This document shows, in pieces, positions 62,226 to 64,000 of a DNA stretch of 64,000 bases (the stretch's first letter is position 1; the number at the start of each line of letters is the position of its first letter). The stretch lies in assembly GCA_963836075.1 (NCBI GenBank), contig CAWIIB010000001.1, positions 1,600,001 to 1,664,000 of the forward strand, in the 5' to 3' direction. The DNA is from an uncultured Acidobacteriota bacterium. GTDB taxonomy: Bacteria > Acidobacteriota > JAQAZP01. The translations under genes were made by a program, and so were the position numbers. Under the pieces are notes generated by a model. The model ran no database searches. It was not told the DNA's origin and worked only from the letters and a program-made list of their open reading frames with translations.

Positions 62226-64000
62226 ATGTTGGCTTTGGAAAACAGACCGCCAGCACTGAAGATCCCCATACTTCGAACCAAGCTGCACCGGCCGGCCCTG
62301 CCCGCCAATCATGTGCTCCGTTCCCGGCTGCTGGCCGCCATGGAAGAGCAGGCTCTCCGGCCGGTGGTCCTGGTGTCGGCGCCCGCCGGATACGGCAAGA
62401 GCACGCTGGTCAGTTGCTGGCTGGAACAGAGCCGCCAACCCGGCGTCTGGCTGTCCCTGGACGAACTTGACAGTGACCTGCAGCTATTCCTGAACTATGT
62501 CGTCACGGGCGTGCAGAACATCTTTCCCGATGCCCTGGGCGACACCGCGGCGATGATCAACTCGCCGGCCCTTCCGCCGGTGCCCGTCCTCGCCGCCACC
62601 CTGGTCAACGAGCTGGACCGGATCGGGCAGGATTTCACCCTCGTTTTCGATGATATTCACAGCATCGGGGACAAGGCCGTTCTCGATCTGCTCAGCCAGA
62701 TCCTGCGCCAGCCGCCCCGCTCGTTGCGCATCATCCTGGTGGGCCGGCGGGACCCGATCCTGCCCATCGCCGCCCTGCGCGCCAGGGCCATGCTGACCGA
62801 ACTGCGCATGGAGGACCTCCGCTTCACCGTTGACGAGGCCAGAAAGTTCCTGGGGGATGCACTGGGAGACGAGGACGATCAAGCCCTTGCCGAAGCGCTG
62901 GTTGAGAAGTCCGAAGGCTGGATCACCGGACTGCACCTGGCGGTCCTGGCCATGGAGAGAACGGACGAGCGCAGCCGTATGCTACTGGAGTTGAAGGGCA
63001 CCACGCGTTACGTGGTGGACTACCTGGTGGGCGAGGTTCTGGAACAGCAGCCGGACGGCATCCGCCGGTGCCTGCTCAGTTCTTCGATCCTGCGGCGATT
63101 CTGCGCGCCGTTGTGCGATGCCCTGCTGGAGGCGTCCGGGAATACAGGCAATGAGAAGATCGACGGAAACGCCTTCATCGACTGGCTGCAGGCGCACAAC
63201 CTGTTCATCATTCCGCTGGACACGGAGAACCGCTGGTTCCGCTACCACCACCTCTTCGCAGACCTTCTCAGGGCCCAGCTCCAGCGCAGCACTGAGCCGG
63301 AGCGCATCGCGGCGCTGCACGCCCGGGCCAGCGCCTGGCACGAGGAGCAGGGGCTGGTGGAAGGTTCGATTCAACACGCTCTGGCAGCCGGAGACATGGA
63401 AGAGGCCGCCGACATCGTCGAACGGAACTCGGACACCGAGTTCGACACCAATCGATGGTTCGTGGCCGCCCGCTGGCTGGAGCTGCTGCCGGAAGAGATC
63501 ACCCGGCAGCGCCCGAAACTGCTCCTGGCCCGGGCCCGGGTGCTCAATGACAAGTTCCGCCTGATGGAGATCCCGCCCCTGATCCAGCGGGTCCAGCAAC
63601 TGCTGGAAACAGGGCCGGTCAAGCCGGCGGTCCAGGCCGAGTTCTTCTATTTCCAGGGGTTCCTCACATTCTGGGAGGGGGACGGGCATAAGAGCCGGGC
63701 TTTCCTCGAACAGGCGCTGGAACTGCTCCCCGAAACAGAGACCGGCTACCTCCGTGCACAGAGCGAGCTCTTTTACGGCCTGGCCACCCAGATCAACGGG
63801 CGCGGGGACGAAGCCGTGGCAACGCTCCGCGGGTGGATCCAAAAGCGCGGTCTGCGCACCGGGCTGCTCTGGGAACGGTTGACCTACGGCCTGGCCGTGA
63901 TCCACCTGCTGCAGGGGCAGCTGGCTCCGGCGGAACGGGAGGGCCAGGCTCTGCTGGAGGACAGCGTGAGGACAGGCACGCAATTTATCCAGAGCTGGAG
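62226..64000 (+). CDS. MalT-like ATP-dependent regulator without REC domain; 3'-truncated by the window and absent from the ORF track
   Basis: Manual translation: MLALENRPPALKIPILRTKLHRP…VSAPAGYGKS…LVFDDIH…SEGWITGL…WFRYHHLF. Confidence 0.88.
   Translation, partial: MLALENRPPALKIPILRTKLHRPALPANHVLRSRLLAAMEEQALRPVVLVSAPAGYGKSTLVSCWLEQSRQPGVWLSLDELDSDLQLFLNYVVTGVQNIFPDALGDTAAMINSPALPPVPVLAATLVNELDRIGQDFTLVFDDIHSIGDKAVLDLLSQILRQPPRSLRIILVGRRDPILPIAALRARAMLTELRMEDLRFTVDEARKFLGDALGDEDDQALAEALVEKSEGWITGLHLAVLAMERTDERSRMLLELKGTTRYVVDYLVGEVLEQQPDGIRRCLLSSSILRRFCAPLCDALLEASGNTGNEKIDGNAFIDWLQAHNLFIIPLDTENRWFRYHHLFADLLRAQLQRSTEPERIAALHARASAWHEEQGLVEGSIQHALAAGDMEEAADIVERNSDTEFDTNRWFVAARWLELLPEEITRQRPKLLLARARVLNDKFRLMEIPPLIQRVQQLLETGPVKPAVQAEFFYFQGFLTFWEGDGHKSRAFLEQALELLPETETGYLRAQSELFYGLATQINGRGDEAVATLRGWIQKRGLRTGLLWERLTYGLAVIHLLQGQLAPAEREGQALLEDSVRTGTQFIQSW

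Noticed and set aside
157-63983. Many long antisense or alternate-frame ORFs (e.g. 3335-5548, 27314-29719, 45873-47741, 62982-63983)
   Set aside because: They shadow well-supported genes on the other strand or frame; expected in high-GC DNA and show no family motifs.

Overview
High-GC, diderm bacterial DNA, probably from an uncultured lineage; taxonomy cannot be fixed from sequence alone. Left to right: (1) a 5'-truncated VPS10/BNR-repeat secreted protein with an FG-GAP-like tail, lemA plus a DUF2207 gene, a beta-propeller/PP2C sensor phosphatase and a cysteine desulfurase-like gene; (2) an envelope-modification cluster (DprE1-like oxidase, two DegT aminotransferases, LPG-synthase-like flippase, GT9, two ArnT/GT39), mtgA and a TolC-MFP-RND efflux operon; (3) a ~24 kb region of large secreted proteins (two gingipain-like C25 peptidases, two beta-helix proteins, two alpha/beta hydrolases), interrupted by tlpA, a RelA/SpoT-domain gene and trkH/trkA; (4) a PAS histidine kinase, two REC-MalT-LuxR regulators, hdeD, an outer-membrane barrel and a third, truncated MalT-like gene. 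The main finding is that six secreted proteins from three unrelated passenger classes all end in the same ~120-aa C-terminal domain (…WRAGWTN…DVTPAPYNQPP…SGDT…P-stop). I cannot assign it to a known family, and it behaves like a sorting or anchoring tag. A ~515-bp direct repeat appears to record a foreign passenger gene being grafted onto this domain. Two pairs of conserved, structured 5' leaders are candidate cis-regulatory RNAs. Five +1 frameshifts in short G/C runs are most likely sequencing errors. No rRNA, tRNA, CRISPR array or transposase was seen.
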